DNA of 64,000 bases from Silvanigrellaceae bacterium (GTDB lineage Bacteria > Bdellovibrionota_B > Oligoflexia > Silvanigrellales > CANGWC01). Where the stretch lies: positions 34,153 to 98,152 of the forward strand of contig CANGWC010000001.1 of assembly GCA_947457515.1 (NCBI GenBank), given 5' to 3'. Made by a program: the position numbers and the translations under genes. The notes beneath the pieces were generated by a model that saw only the letters and a list, made by a program, of their open reading frames with translations, had not been told where the DNA came from and did not search any database. This document shows, piece by piece, positions 45,467-55,098 of the stretch. Within the stretch, counting starts at the first letter, position 1, and the number at the start of each line of letters is the position of its first letter.

Positions 45467-46613
45467 GAAGTTTAGACCTTTTTGTCATTTTTATAGCAGG
45501 AATAATTGAACCTAAAAAAGAAAAAAATAGAGTGAGAAATAGAGCTTCTAAATAAATGGATACTTGGAAATAGACTGGAATCTTAGATACAAAGTAAAAC
45601 TTCTGAAATTCTCCTAATGAGACATGGGAGAATAAAGCGAGAATGAGTGTTCCTAAAAACATTCCTGACAAAGCTCCTAATGTCCCTAAAAAAATACCTA
45701 TAAAAAGAATAAGAGAATAGATCATTTTATTAGATAAGCCCATTGTGCCTAAAATATTTATTTCTTTTGATTTCTCTTCTATCATCAAAAGAAGCATTAT
45801 CAGAATATTCAGACAAGCAGCAATAGTAATAAAAAAAACAATCATTTCTATAGAGGTTCCATCTCTTTGAATTTGATCAAAAATATGAGCATCCATTTCT
45901 TGCCAAGATCTGACTGAATACGGAAGATTTAATCTTAATTTATGAGCTAATAAAGAAGCCTTCAAAGGATCTTTTAACTGCACATCTATACCTGAAGGAT
46001 TACTTTTAAAAAGAGTCTTCGTTCCTTCCTCTGATACAAAAGCTATTTTTTCATCATAGGATTTTAATCCTATATGAAGAATATCTTTTACAATAAACTC
46101 TTCTGATTTAAATTTATCTAGTGATACAAGATGAATGATATCTGTTGGTTTTAAATTGAGCTTATTAGCTAGACCCTCACCAATTAAAACTTCATTTTTT
46201 GTTAACTCTTGAGAAAGTTTTCCCCAACGTATAATGACAGTTGAGAAATTGCCTCCACTCTCTAGGAGAGCCTCTCCATAGAAGAAAGGACTCAAACTGA
46301 TGATTTCTTCTTTTAAGAGTTCTCGAATTTGAGGGTATTTATCTTCAGGAGAAGCGATTCCATTAGGTACTTTATAAATAGAAATATGTGGTTGAGTGGA
46401 ATAGACGATCTTTTGAAGTTCAAATTTTAAACTAGATAAAATAGTAGAAACAACAATAAATACAGTCATTCCTAACATAACTCCCACAATTGATATCCAA
46501 GTTGAGAAACCCCAACGAGTTCCTCCTGCATTTCGGAGAATACGAGTTGTTAAAAAAAGAAGTTTATTGCTGTTTATTAAAAAATTCGAAGTAGTTTTTG
46601 AATTTTTCAACAC
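45447..46613 (-). CDS. FtsX/LolC/LolE-family ABC permease
   Basis: TRILRNAGGTRWGFSTWISIVGVMLGMTVFIVV, a periplasmic domain and three C-terminal TMs fit the family. No ATPase gene is adjacent. It overlaps the upstream gene by 50 nt. Confidence 0.7.
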   Translation of the reverse strand: MLKNSKTTSNFLINSNKLLFLTTRILRNAGGTRWGFSTWISIVGVMLGMTVFIVVSTILSSLKFELQKIVYSTQPHISIYKVPNGIASPEDKYPQIRELLKEEIISLSPFFYGEALLESGGNFSTVIIRWGKLSQELTKNEVLIGEGLANKLNLKPTDIIHLVSLDKFKSEEFIVKDILHIGLKSYDEKIAFVSEEGTKTLFKSNPSGIDVQLKDPLKASLLAHKLRLNLPYSVRSWQEMDAHIFDQIQRDGTSIEMIVFFITIAACLNILIMLLLMIEEKSKEINILGTMGLSNKMIYSLILFIGIFLGTLGALSGMFLGTLILALFSHVSLGEFQKFYFVSKIPVYFQVSIYLEALFLTLFFSFLGSIIPAIKMTKRSKLHGLTTF

Positions 46614-48126
46614 TGATTGCTTGCCGTGTTGCTATGATAAGGATGAATAAAGAAAATGTACCCATGACTAAGAAATCCCATCCAAATGGAATCAGCTGAA
46701 TGCCTCCTTGGAATTCCCCAAGATAAGTGATGACTCCTAAACCTATAAGATAAGGAAAAATCCATGCAGCATTCATGAAATCCATGGATGTTTTTTTGTT
46801 TTTGCCTAGGAAAAATAATAGGACTCCTAATAATACAAAAACTATAATACAACAAACAGAATAAAACCCAGTCCATAAAATAAGCATATTACAAATATAG
46901 AAACCTAGGTAGGCTATGAGTCCTACAAAAGGCACTCGAAATGGCCTTTTCATATCTGGCTGTAACTTTCTGAGAACCAGTAAAGAAATAGGCCCAGCTA
47001 TATAAGTTAAAACGAGAACTGTACTGAGAACAGATATCATGGACTGTAAATTATTAAATAAAAGAATAAATATCATCCCTACAAAGAAATTCAGCCACAC
47101 TGCTAACGAAGGTACGCCTCCTTTATTGAGGACAGAAAATCGAGCTGGAAGTAATCCACCTATAGCCATTGTGTAGAGATTTCTTGCAGCCGAACCACTT
47201 TGCACAAGAGCTGCACCTAAAGGAGAAACAACAGCATCAAGATAGAGGATATGAACGAGCCATCCTAATCCTATTAATGCGGCTAAACCTGCCAGTGGAC
47301 CTGCATCTCCTGGGAAAGAAAGTTTAGCCCACGAAGATGTTAAAAATTCTGGAAGAAGTGCAACAACAAATGAGACTTGCAGTAAACAATATAGGAAAAT
47401 ACAAATAACAATTGAACCTATAGCGGCAATAGGGATGCTTTTGCTTGGATTACGCACTTCCCCTGCATACATAAGCCCATATTGAAATCCATTAAATGCA
47501 TAAATAACGCCACCTGTGGCAATGGCTGTTAGAATCCCTTTAATGCCTTGTGGGGCAAAAGCAGGATGAGTCATGTTTTCCCAATATGGGTTAGAAAACA
47601 AAAACATAAACGCTACAAATGCAGGAATTAATAGTTTCCACCACGTAATATACTTATTAGTATCTGAAGTGGCTTTACCGCTTAAATTATTTACAAGAGA
47701 AATTCCCAGCATCATGATTCCAGCAACAATAATGCCAAAGATACTTAAAGGCTTAGATTCAATAGGTTGAATGAGCCAAGGGAAATAGTTACTCCCATAT
47801 TGTATAGTAGCTAAGACTTCTGCTGATATTTGAAAAAGAAGTCCTGCCCACAAAACCCAACCCATGATAAAACCTAAAAGATTCCCATGCGTAAAAAAAG
47901 CATACGCTGTAGCTCCACCTGAGATGGGAATGGCTACTGTTAATTCAGCAAAGGCTAAGCTGAGAATCATCATAAGTCCTCCGCCTATCACCCAAGAAAT
48001 CACAGAACTGGGGCCTGAAATTTGAGCAGCAAATAAAGGGCCAAAAAGCCAACCTGAGCCTACCATGGCACTTATGGAAGCAAATAATACTCCCAATGTT
48101 TCGATTCGTCTTTTTGGTTTATTCAT
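46564..48126 (-). CDS. APC-superfamily amino acid permease
   Basis: 520 aa with about 12-13 TMs and the N-terminal GVLFASISAMVGSGWLFGP motif. Confidence 0.8.
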   Translation of the reverse strand: MNKPKRRIETLGVLFASISAMVGSGWLFGPLFAAQISGPSSVISWVIGGGLMMILSLAFAELTVAIPISGGATAYAFFTHGNLLGFIMGWVLWAGLLFQISAEVLATIQYGSNYFPWLIQPIESKPLSIFGIIVAGIMMLGISLVNNLSGKATSDTNKYITWWKLLIPAFVAFMFLFSNPYWENMTHPAFAPQGIKGILTAIATGGVIYAFNGFQYGLMYAGEVRNPSKSIPIAAIGSIVICIFLYCLLQVSFVVALLPEFLTSSWAKLSFPGDAGPLAGLAALIGLGWLVHILYLDAVVSPLGAALVQSGSAARNLYTMAIGGLLPARFSVLNKGGVPSLAVWLNFFVGMIFILLFNNLQSMISVLSTVLVLTYIAGPISLLVLRKLQPDMKRPFRVPFVGLIAYLGFYICNMLILWTGFYSVCCIIVFVLLGVLLFFLGKNKKTSMDFMNAAWIFPYLIGLGVITYLGEFQGGIQLIPFGWDFLVMGTFSLFILIIATRQAISVEKFKNYFEFFNKQQ

Positions 48127-48280
48127 AATAAGAAAAATGGCCTATACAAAGTGCACAAATAAAAGTTTTTTGATAGACTTCCGGTCTTATATGTTTCAGA
48201 ACCGCAAGAATATCTAGTCTTGTCTATGAAATAGTAGGAATTTTGTAATTCGTCAACTGTGTTTTAAGAATGGAACTAAA

Positions 48281-48853
48281 ATGAGAATCTTAACCTACGT
48301 CATGCCATTAATTATTATTGGTTTTCTTGGATCTTACAGTTATTGGGAGTCTCGAAGCAGCTCAAAGGATCGAGAAATCATTACGGAGTATCTTAGCTTA
48401 AAAGAAAAAGCTAAGCCTCAAGATCTTTGGGAATTCTATGAGAAACATAGTCATCATCATCTTGCGATTCCTTCTGCTTTTGAAGCTTTAGAAATCTACC
48501 TTAAAGATAAAAATTATCCTGAAGCTTTAAGAATCACTCAAATACTCATACAGAAAACTCAGTCTTTAATTCCCGTCCAAATACAGTTAGGGCGTGTTCT
48601 TGCATCACTTTATGTGCAAGACAAAAACTATCCAGAAGCTTTAAAATGGATTGGTTTTTTAGAAGAAATTAAGGACAACCCTGTCTTATCTGAAATTAAG
48701 CTTTTTAAAGCTCAAATTCTTTATCTTACAGGTGATAAAACTCAGGCATCTCAAATACTGAAATCTTTAGAGCAGGAATCCTCGACATCACAAAAATTTA
48801 TGGACTACACTCCGCCTGAAGCTAGCTTATGGTTAGGTTTCTGGAATCTTTAA
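48281..48853 (+). CDS. YfgM-like membrane-anchored TPR-like protein
   Basis: One N-terminal TM is followed by a helical repeat domain. It lies immediately upstream of a BamB-like gene, as with yfgM-bamB in enterics. Context-based call. Confidence 0.45.
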   Translation: MRILTYVMPLIIIGFLGSYSYWESRSSSKDREIITEYLSLKEKAKPQDLWEFYEKHSHHHLAIPSAFEALEIYLKDKNYPEALRITQILIQKTQSLIPVQIQLGRVLASLYVQDKNYPEALKWIGFLEEIKDNPVLSEIKLFKAQILYLTGDKTQASQILKSLEQESSTSQKFMDYTPPEASLWLGFWNL

Positions 48854-50016
48854 TGAAAAAATACCTTATTAGTCTTATTTTTATATCTTCATATGCTCAA
48901 AGCATATGTCATTTAGCGTCAACTGGGACTTATGGTGATTTATCTAGTGATTTAATAGGTATTTCTGAAAACTCCTCTCATTTCTCTTTTTGTGGATATG
49001 CTGCTTTAAGTCCAAAAAACACACATCTGACTCTCCCCACAAAAAGCCACACTCTTGCTTGTTATAAAGAAAAATCTCAATCAGAAAGTATTCAATATTT
49101 TCCTATTTCTGGAGCACTCAGCGCTGCTCCCATTATCACTTCTGACTTTATTTTAGTTGCTACAGAAAATGGTTTTTTGGAAAAAGTTTTTCCTAACAAG
49201 AGAAACTTATCTTTATGGTCTGGACTCAGCCGTCAACATCAGCCTCCCAATCGAATTAAGATATCTTCTCCCTTTGTGAGTCATCCCATTATTCATAAAG
49301 AAATCTTTTATGGAGTCACTCTTAATCAAAATCTGTACGCTATTGATAGTAAAAGTTTAGAAATCTTATGGTCTTGCTCTTTACCTAAGGACCCTTGGGG
49401 GCAGCCTTCTCCTTTTATTGCTGCTTCTCAATTCAACTCCACCCAAGATCAAGAAGATGTGATCTTACTTGGCACCTCTACAGGAGATCTCTTAGCCTTC
49501 AAAAGTGACTCCGGAAAAATCATATGGTCTCAAAAGACTCCTTTTAAAACATTAGAACAATCTAGAATTATTTCTATTTCATCAGACTCTAAAAAAGTTT
49601 ATGTCACTTACCCTCAAGGGTTGTTAGCATTATCCATATCTCAAGGAAAAATTCGTTGGGCCACTCCTACTCAGACTTCCTTATCGAGTTACTTGTCTTC
49701 TGACTCCCTTTGGACTCAGAATCATAAAAATCAAATCATTCAAATATCCAAAGAGTCTGGTAGGATTCTCAACTCTCTTGATTACCCCTATCCCATTCAA
49801 GAAATTTTTGAGAACCATTCCATGATATTAGGTTCTACTCCCCATGGAGTAAGTATTTTAAATTCTTCTCATTCCTTACCTTTGTTAGGATCTCGATATC
49901 TTTCCTCTGAAAATTTTGATAAGTCTTTACAATTTAACTCTAAAGATTTAGGGACATGTTTAATGAGTTCTGGCCAATTAAATTGTTTTCAAATTTATTG
50001 TGGGTCATCTCTTTAA
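48853..50016 (+). CDS. BamB-like PQQ-repeat beta-propeller protein
   Basis: Repeated motifs LYAIDSKSLEILWS, GDLLAFKSDSGKIIWSQ and GLLALSISQGKIRWA. A signal peptide is present. The junction with the upstream gene is TAATG. Confidence 0.6.
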   Translation: MKKYLISLIFISSYAQSICHLASTGTYGDLSSDLIGISENSSHFSFCGYAALSPKNTHLTLPTKSHTLACYKEKSQSESIQYFPISGALSAAPIITSDFILVATENGFLEKVFPNKRNLSLWSGLSRQHQPPNRIKISSPFVSHPIIHKEIFYGVTLNQNLYAIDSKSLEILWSCSLPKDPWGQPSPFIAASQFNSTQDQEDVILLGTSTGDLLAFKSDSGKIIWSQKTPFKTLEQSRIISISSDSKKVYVTYPQGLLALSISQGKIRWATPTQTSLSSYLSSDSLWTQNHKNQIIQISKESGRILNSLDYPYPIQEIFENHSMILGSTPHGVSILNSSHSLPLLGSRYLSSENFDKSLQFNSKDLGTCLMSSGQLNCFQIYCGSSL

Positions 50017-50026
50017 ATTACAGTTT

Positions 50027-50566
50027 ATGATATTTGATTTTACACAGAAAAAAATGGATCTTATTAAGTATAATAAGGATAGCTGGTTAACATCCCCTCA
50101 TTTCTCAATTACGTTAAAGAAAAATATTCTCAAAAAAAGAATGAAGCTTGTGGAATCTTGGATACATGGTCAAGAAATGTGTGGTGTATCATTTTGTGAT
50201 TTTTTTGTCATGAAGGATATATGTCAAAAATTTTTTCCTGAAAAAATCATTACAGATGTTTTAAGTTTTAATTCATCTCCTACTTTTACAGATAATTCAA
50301 TAGAAACTGACAGAGATCATAAGTACTTAGGAGATATTATTATTTGTCTTCCTTACTGTTTATGGTTTCTACGTAACAAAAAAACCTCTTTATCATCACA
50401 TCTCGAAAGACTGATTATTCATGGTATGATTCATCTTAAGGGTTTTGATCATGAAAGAAGCTCTTCTGCTTACAAAATCATGCATCATTTAGAAACTCAG
50501 ATATTTAAGGAATTAAATCATATTTATGGCGAAGAAAATTGGATAACTTGCAAAACCCACTCTTAG
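50027..50566 (+). CDS. ybeY: Endoribonuclease YbeY
   Basis: The zinc motif HGMIHLKGFDHE is present. The start is assumed at MIFDF (50027). Confidence 0.8.
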   Translation: MIFDFTQKKMDLIKYNKDSWLTSPHFSITLKKNILKKRMKLVESWIHGQEMCGVSFCDFFVMKDICQKFFPEKIITDVLSFNSSPTFTDNSIETDRDHKYLGDIIICLPYCLWFLRNKKTSLSSHLERLIIHGMIHLKGFDHERSSSAYKIMHHLETQIFKELNHIYGEENWITCKTHS

Positions 50567-51885
50567 TAGGGGCTATTGTCCTTATCATCTGTCTTATTTT
50601 AAGCTCATTCTTCTCAGCAATGGAAACAGTGCTTACAAGCTTGTCTTCTATTAAGACCAAACATCTTAAAGATACTTCTCCACGATCCCAAGTTTTAGAT
50701 CTTTGGTTGAAGTACCCCCATAGAATTCTTGCTACGACTCTATTAGGCGCCAATATAGCTAATATTTTTATGGCTCTTTACGCTGACCAGCTTGTTCAAG
50801 AAAATTTAGGTCCTACATCCTTAGAACTCGTTACAACAGTGGTTGCTTTAGTCATCGTCATCGTGACAGAAATCTTCCCTAAAACTCTTGCCAAGCAATT
50901 TGCTCCTTCTTTAGCCATACCCATGCTGCAAGTGTTTCAGTTTTTTTATTATATTTTCTTACCATTTAGTGCACTGATCTCATTTATGACTAATCTTCTC
51001 AGTCATAAATTACAATCTAGTCCTCTGCCTCAAATTACCGAAGAAGAATTAGAATATCTCATTGATGTAGGTGAAGAGCAGGGAGTCTTAGAAGATCAAA
51101 AACATGAAATGCTCAGTGGTATTTTTGATTTAGAAGACACTCTTGTCAGAGAAATTATGGTTCATAGAACCGATATGGTTGTGCTCTCACAACACACTCT
51201 TATTTTTGATGCTATTAAGGTTTTTAAGAAAACAGGTGTCTCTAGAATTCCTATATACGAAGAAAAAATAGATAATATTACCGGATTTATACACTGCAAA
51301 GATGCGTTATTTTTCCTGGCTAATCATCCAGAAGGAACACCTCATAGTGTCATTGTAAGTGAAATTAAAAGAGATCCTTTTTTCGTTCCTGAAAGCAAAC
51401 GTATTCATCAGCTCTTTCAAGATATGCGAAGGCAAAGACAGTGGTTAGCTATCGTATTAGACGAATATGGTGGCACCAGTGGCATGATCACAATGGAAGA
51501 TATGCTTGAAGAAATTATGGGTGAATTAAGAGATGAATTTGACATCGAAGATGATGCTATCCGTCAACTAGAAGATGGTTATCTTGTGGAAGGGAAAGTT
51601 CATATAGATGACTTTTCACAATACTTTAAACTACCCTCTCAAGCTTTATCTGCAGAAGGATTTGATACCATAGGTGGTATTGTTCTTTCTCACTTTGGAG
51701 CAATCCCTAAAGTCGGAGATTTCTTTGAACTTGCAGGTATTAAAGGCGAGGTTATAGAAGTGAGCAAACGTCGGATCCGAAGAATTTTTATAACTGTTAT
51801 GGACCCTAACTTTAGAGCTCCTCAGTCTTCGTCCTCTTCATCAAATTCATCATCTTCGTCGTCGTCATCATCTTCGTCGTCATAA
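50539..51885 (+). CDS. CorC/TlyC-family protein (DUF21, CBS pair, CorC_HlyC) with a poly-Ser tail
   Basis: Four N-terminal TMs, a CBS pair ([11 protein letters not shown]...SRIPIY), and the transporter-associated domain (EGKVHIDDF...GGIVL). The ybeY-corC synteny is typical. TTG start. The last 20 or so codons are Ser-rich. Confidence 0.8.
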   Translation: MDNLQNPLLVGAIVLIICLILSSFFSAMETVLTSLSSIKTKHLKDTSPRSQVLDLWLKYPHRILATTLLGANIANIFMALYADQLVQENLGPTSLELVTTVVALVIVIVTEIFPKTLAKQFAPSLAIPMLQVFQFFYYIFLPFSALISFMTNLLSHKLQSSPLPQITEEELEYLIDVGEEQGVLEDQKHEMLSGIFDLEDTLVREIMVHRTDMVVLSQHTLIFDAIKVFKKTGVSRIPIYEEKIDNITGFIHCKDALFFLANHPEGTPHSVIVSEIKRDPFFVPESKRIHQLFQDMRRQRQWLAIVLDEYGGTSGMITMEDMLEEIMGELRDEFDIEDDAIRQLEDGYLVEGKVHIDDFSQYFKLPSQALSAEGFDTIGGIVLSHFGAIPKVGDFFELAGIKGEVIEVSKRRIRRIFITVMDPNFRAPQSSSSSSNSSSSSSSSSSSS

Positions 51886-52061
51886 TCTTCATCGTCTTCA
51901 TCGTCTTCATCGTCTTCATCATCGAAGTCTTCGTCATCAAACTCTTCAAAGTCTTCATCTAATTCATCATCAGAATCTTCGTCGTCGTCTAATTCATCGA
52001 ATTCTTCATCTTCATCGATGTCTTCGATATCTTCATCTTTATCCATAAACCAAAGAGTCAT
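51822..52061 (-). CDS. Hyper-acidic 79-aa protein (61 Asp/Glu residues)
   Basis: The ATG at 52061 is preceded by AAGGGGGA, with 7 nt between the G-run and the ATG. A TTGACA lies at 52115..52110. The frame stays open through a GAx-rich repeat. Confidence 0.6.
   Translation of the reverse strand: MTLWFMDKDEDIEDIDEDEEFDELDDDEDSDDELDEDFEEFDDEDFDDEDDEDDEDDEDYDDEDDDDDEDDEFDEEDED
51886..51921. repeat. 9-nt tandem repeat tcttcatcg, three perfect copies plus one near copy
   Basis: Read directly from the sequence. It is in frame within the acidic ORF, lying just 3' of the corC stop (TAA at 51883..51885). Confidence 0.8.
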
Positions 52062-52231
52062 GAGTTTTCCCCCTTAAGAATTATGAATAGTGCTTATGGG
52101 TTATGTTTTTGTCAAGATGTAGTATGAAAATTCCCCACATTTAGACTCAATTTTTTTCATTAACTGACTGTCTCTTATTATTTTTAGCTTTTCAGACCAT
52201 TGGTATTGGCTATCATCAATCTCTTTTTCCT

Positions 52232-53650
52232 TCAGAGATTGATGGAAGACTTTTTTTTTAAGCCGTGCACCTCAAAAGATTCTGAAAAATCTTTTTTTAA
52301 CCTCATCATGAGGATTTCCCATTCCTGTGTACTGAGATCATGATAAAGAGATCCTTCCCCTTGGAAGGTGATCCCCTGAGTATTTAATGAAATAATAGGA
52401 ATATTTTTAAGTTTAGTCCCCAAAATAGGATGATTTTTTTGGAGAGTTTGAATGGTTTGACTAAATTTTTTATGAATATCTTCAGGTTGCTGTACCAAAG
52501 GGGTGACTTTTTGTGGCATGTCCTTTGGATTTTGAGATGACTTTTTGAGAAGACTGAGCACCTCTCCGGATGATAGCCAGTCTCTTCGATGAATAATGTC
52601 TAAAATCCCTAATTGACACCAAGGGAGTGGATCCTGAGACTGCTGAATGTCTTCTAATATTTGTAGAAGTCTTTGAACGACTGCAGATAATACTGGGATA
52701 TTCAAATGATTTTTAATATAGATTAGAACTTCCTTATCTAAGTGAGAATAATAGTCTATAGAAATCATAATTTGCTGAAAATACTCAAACACACTCTTAA
52801 AAAACTCATGTAAGTTTTCGTGATTTTCATGAAGCTGAAGAAGAAGAGATTGGCTTTTTTGAATATCTCCATTCACTAGAGATAAAACCATCTCTTTAAC
52901 ATTCTGAGGGTCACTTAATCTTAATCCCTGAGTGACAGCTTTTCTGTCCATACAATCAGTTTGGATGAAAGGAATCACCTGTTCTAGTAAGCTGAGAGCA
53001 TCTCGAGCACTGCCTAAGGCTTTATGAACCAGTAAAGCTAAGGCTTCTTCTTCCCAATTCAGATTCTTAGTTCTTAAAGCATCTTTAACGAGTCCCATCA
53101 GATCTTCATGGGCTAAAGAACCAAATGAAAACATTAAACATCGAGATCTGATTGTGGCAGGTATTTTATGAACTTCCGTTGTTGCTAAAATAAAGACTGT
53201 AAAAGGAGGAGGCTCTTCTATGGTTTTAAGAAGTGCATTAAATGCTGAAATACTCAACATATGAACTTCATCTATAATAAAAATTCTGTATCTTGCAGAT
53301 TGAGGATACAGCTGGATTTGTTCCTTTAAAGAACGGATTGCATCAACTCCAGTGGCTGTGGCTCCATCCATCTCAACAACATCTTCATGACTAAATGTTT
53401 TGATTTTTTCGCAGTGCTGACATTTTTGGCATGGTTCTTCAACAATGCCTTCAGTGCAACAAAGGCATTTTGCAATAATTCGAGCTGTGGATGTTTTCCC
53501 AGTGCCTCTTGCCCCTGTAAAAATAAGCGCAGGATGAATTCTTTGAGTTTGAATCATAAACCTCAAAGCTTCTATGGTGGTTTTCTGGCCCACCATATCT
53601 GAGAAAGATTGAGGTCTGAGAGATCGAGCTAAAGGGACGTAGTATTCCAC
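52232..53650 (-). CDS. dnaX: DNA polymerase III subunit gamma/tau (short form)
   Basis: FSDMVGQ, FTGARGTGKTSTARI, the Zn module CQKCQHC, IFIIDEVHMLS and SRC. GTG start. Confidence 0.9.
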   Translation of the reverse strand: MEYYVPLARSLRPQSFSDMVGQKTTIEALRFMIQTQRIHPALIFTGARGTGKTSTARIIAKCLCCTEGIVEEPCQKCQHCEKIKTFSHEDVVEMDGATATGVDAIRSLKEQIQLYPQSARYRIFIIDEVHMLSISAFNALLKTIEEPPPFTVFILATTEVHKIPATIRSRCLMFSFGSLAHEDLMGLVKDALRTKNLNWEEEALALLVHKALGSARDALSLLEQVIPFIQTDCMDRKAVTQGLRLSDPQNVKEMVLSLVNGDIQKSQSLLLQLHENHENLHEFFKSVFEYFQQIMISIDYYSHLDKEVLIYIKNHLNIPVLSAVVQRLLQILEDIQQSQDPLPWCQLGILDIIHRRDWLSSGEVLSLLKKSSQNPKDMPQKVTPLVQQPEDIHKKFSQTIQTLQKNHPILGTKLKNIPIISLNTQGITFQGEGSLYHDLSTQEWEILMMRLKKDFSESFEVHGLKKKSSINL

Positions 53651-53689
53651 AAAAACCTAAAAATAATATTCTTAAAAGACTGGATATGG

Positions 53690-53790
53690 GGTGATAGGAA
53701 CACAGATCACCTATCTCAGGCCTGCACCGTTGCTCCCTTTCGGTTCTGGCGGAATTTACAGTCTGAGACACCAACCCGGAAACTACCACC
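53690..53790 (-). ncRNA. ffs: Signal recognition particle RNA (4.5S-type)
   Basis: The minus-strand RNA GGUGGUAG...CCGCCAGAACCGAAAGGGAGCAACGGUGCAGG...CUAUCACC folds into one long hairpin. The apex has a GAAA tetraloop and a GGGAGCA/CCAGAA symmetric-loop region resembling SRP domain IV. ffs-dnaX synteny is known in other bacteria. Confidence 0.75.
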
Positions 53791-53987
53791 TCATATCAAG
53801 ACTGTTATAGAACAAAAAAAGGCTAAATACAGTCTGAAAAAAAATCAGTTTTTTAACCTTTGATGCCTAGACATATCAAATTGAATCTTGTTTATCAATA
53901 ACAAGTTGGATGAACAGAATGATATGCCGATATCTGCTCTTTGTAACCGTGAGGTTTTACAAAAATCTGGATTCAAACAGTGATTCT

Positions 53988-54146
53988 CTATTTTTGCTTT
54001 TTAGGTTCTTCTTTTTGTAGCCATTTATTCATAACAACACGAACTTTTTCTCTGAGAACAGGGTTTTGATCGATAATTGATTTGAGAAGAGCAAGATCTT
54101 CATCATTTTCAAATGTGGAAGTTGGTTTAGGATTATCAGTTGTCAT
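53988..54146 (-). CDS. Small hypothetical protein (52 aa) downstream of the M23 peptidase gene
   Basis: My own translation is MTTDNPKPTSTFENDEDLALLKSIIDQNPVLREKVRVVMNKWLQKEEPKKQK. The ORF is the only evidence and the SD is weak. Confidence 0.25.
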   Translation of the reverse strand: MTTDNPKPTSTFENDEDLALLKSIIDQNPVLREKVRVVMNKWLQKEEPKKQK

Positions 54147-54162
54147 AATAACCTATTCGTCA

Positions 54163-55098
54163 TTACCTGATATAATTTAAGGGGTTCTTAGGTTTCCCTG
54201 TATCTTCTCTGACTTCATAGTGAAGGTGTGGTCCAGTGGTTCTTCCTGTATCACCCACAAGAGCTATCATCTCACCACGATGAACTTTTTGACCTTTTTT
54301 AACAAAAGATGTCTCAACATGTGCAAATTTTGTGATAATCCGAAATCCATGTTTAATTTCTATATAGTTACCGTAATCTGCGGCCTTAGCGACTAAAGTC
54401 ACAACTCCGTCAGCAGGTGCATAAATGGGAGTTCCTTTAGTTGCTGCAATATCAATACCTTGATGCATACGATGCATGCCTGTAACAGGGTTATTTCTCA
54501 AACCAAAAAGTGATGAAATCCATCCTTTTACAGGAGATACAGTAGGGATAGTTTTAGACTTTTCCTTCATTTCTTGAATATCTTTAATATATGTCTGTAA
54601 TTTATGAGCTTCATCTTTAGAGATTTCTTTGACATGATCCGCTGAAGTGAGAACCTCATTGAGTTCAGATGTCTTATCTTGTTGAAGATTTGCTTCAGAT
54701 TCTTCTTTTTCAGCATCTTTAAAAGATTTATACTCTTCCACTGTCAGCGGACCAATATTGCGTGGAATGTGTCTCGATGGTTTAAGAAGAGACGAAAAAT
54801 CTGATTGAGTGACTTCATAGATTCGATGAGAAATCATTTCAACAGCCTTAAGATCATCTTCAATAGAAGCAAGTTTTACGACTAGACTCTGTGCATCTTG
54901 TCTTAATTTTTGATTCTCAAGTAAAAGCACATCTCTTTGTCTGAAGGAATTCAAAAAAGAACTATAAAAATAAAGAGTCGAGCAGAAAATAACTGCAAAA
55001 GCAAAACCTGTAATCAGGATCCAACGCCATATCCAAGCGGATAAAGTTACATAACGAGGTTGTTCATGGCCTGGAATAAGAATAAGTGTATATTTCAT
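54163..55098 (-). CDS. M23-family metallopeptidase with N-terminal TM and coiled coil
   Basis: HQGIDIAATKGTPIYAPADGVV, GNYIEIKHG and GDTGRTTGPHLHYEV. Confidence 0.85.
   Translation of the reverse strand: MKYTLILIPGHEQPRYVTLSAWIWRWILITGFAFAVIFCSTLYFYSSFLNSFRQRDVLLLENQKLRQDAQSLVVKLASIEDDLKAVEMISHRIYEVTQSDFSSLLKPSRHIPRNIGPLTVEEYKSFKDAEKEESEANLQQDKTSELNEVLTSADHVKEISKDEAHKLQTYIKDIQEMKEKSKTIPTVSPVKGWISSLFGLRNNPVTGMHRMHQGIDIAATKGTPIYAPADGVVTLVAKAADYGNYIEIKHGFRIITKFAHVETSFVKKGQKVHRGEMIALVGDTGRTTGPHLHYEVREDTGKPKNPLNYIR

Noticed and set aside
51822-51885. Poly-Ser tail of the CorC-like protein as a functional domain
   Set aside because: It begins after the complete CorC_HlyC domain and coincides exactly with the antisense of the acidic gene. 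It is most simply a by-product of the overlap, although it may still be translated.
51822-52030. Repetitive tract considered as a CRISPR array or non-coding satellite
   Set aside because: The period is 3/9 nt with no spacers, and the tract is fully explained as GAx-codon low-complexity coding sequence of the acidic ORF.
52246-52262. A9 run (TTA AAA AAA AAG) in dnaX as a possible gamma/tau programmed frameshift site
   Set aside because: It lies only 6 codons before the stop, so slippage would change just the last few residues and could not generate a shortened gamma subunit. It is more likely a plain homopolymer, though it is a possible site of sequencing error.
53451-53789. 112-aa minus-strand ORF in the track
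   Set aside because: It runs through the SRP RNA and into the dnaX 5' region in another frame. The GC-rich structured RNA explains the open frame. The sequence has no protein-like features.
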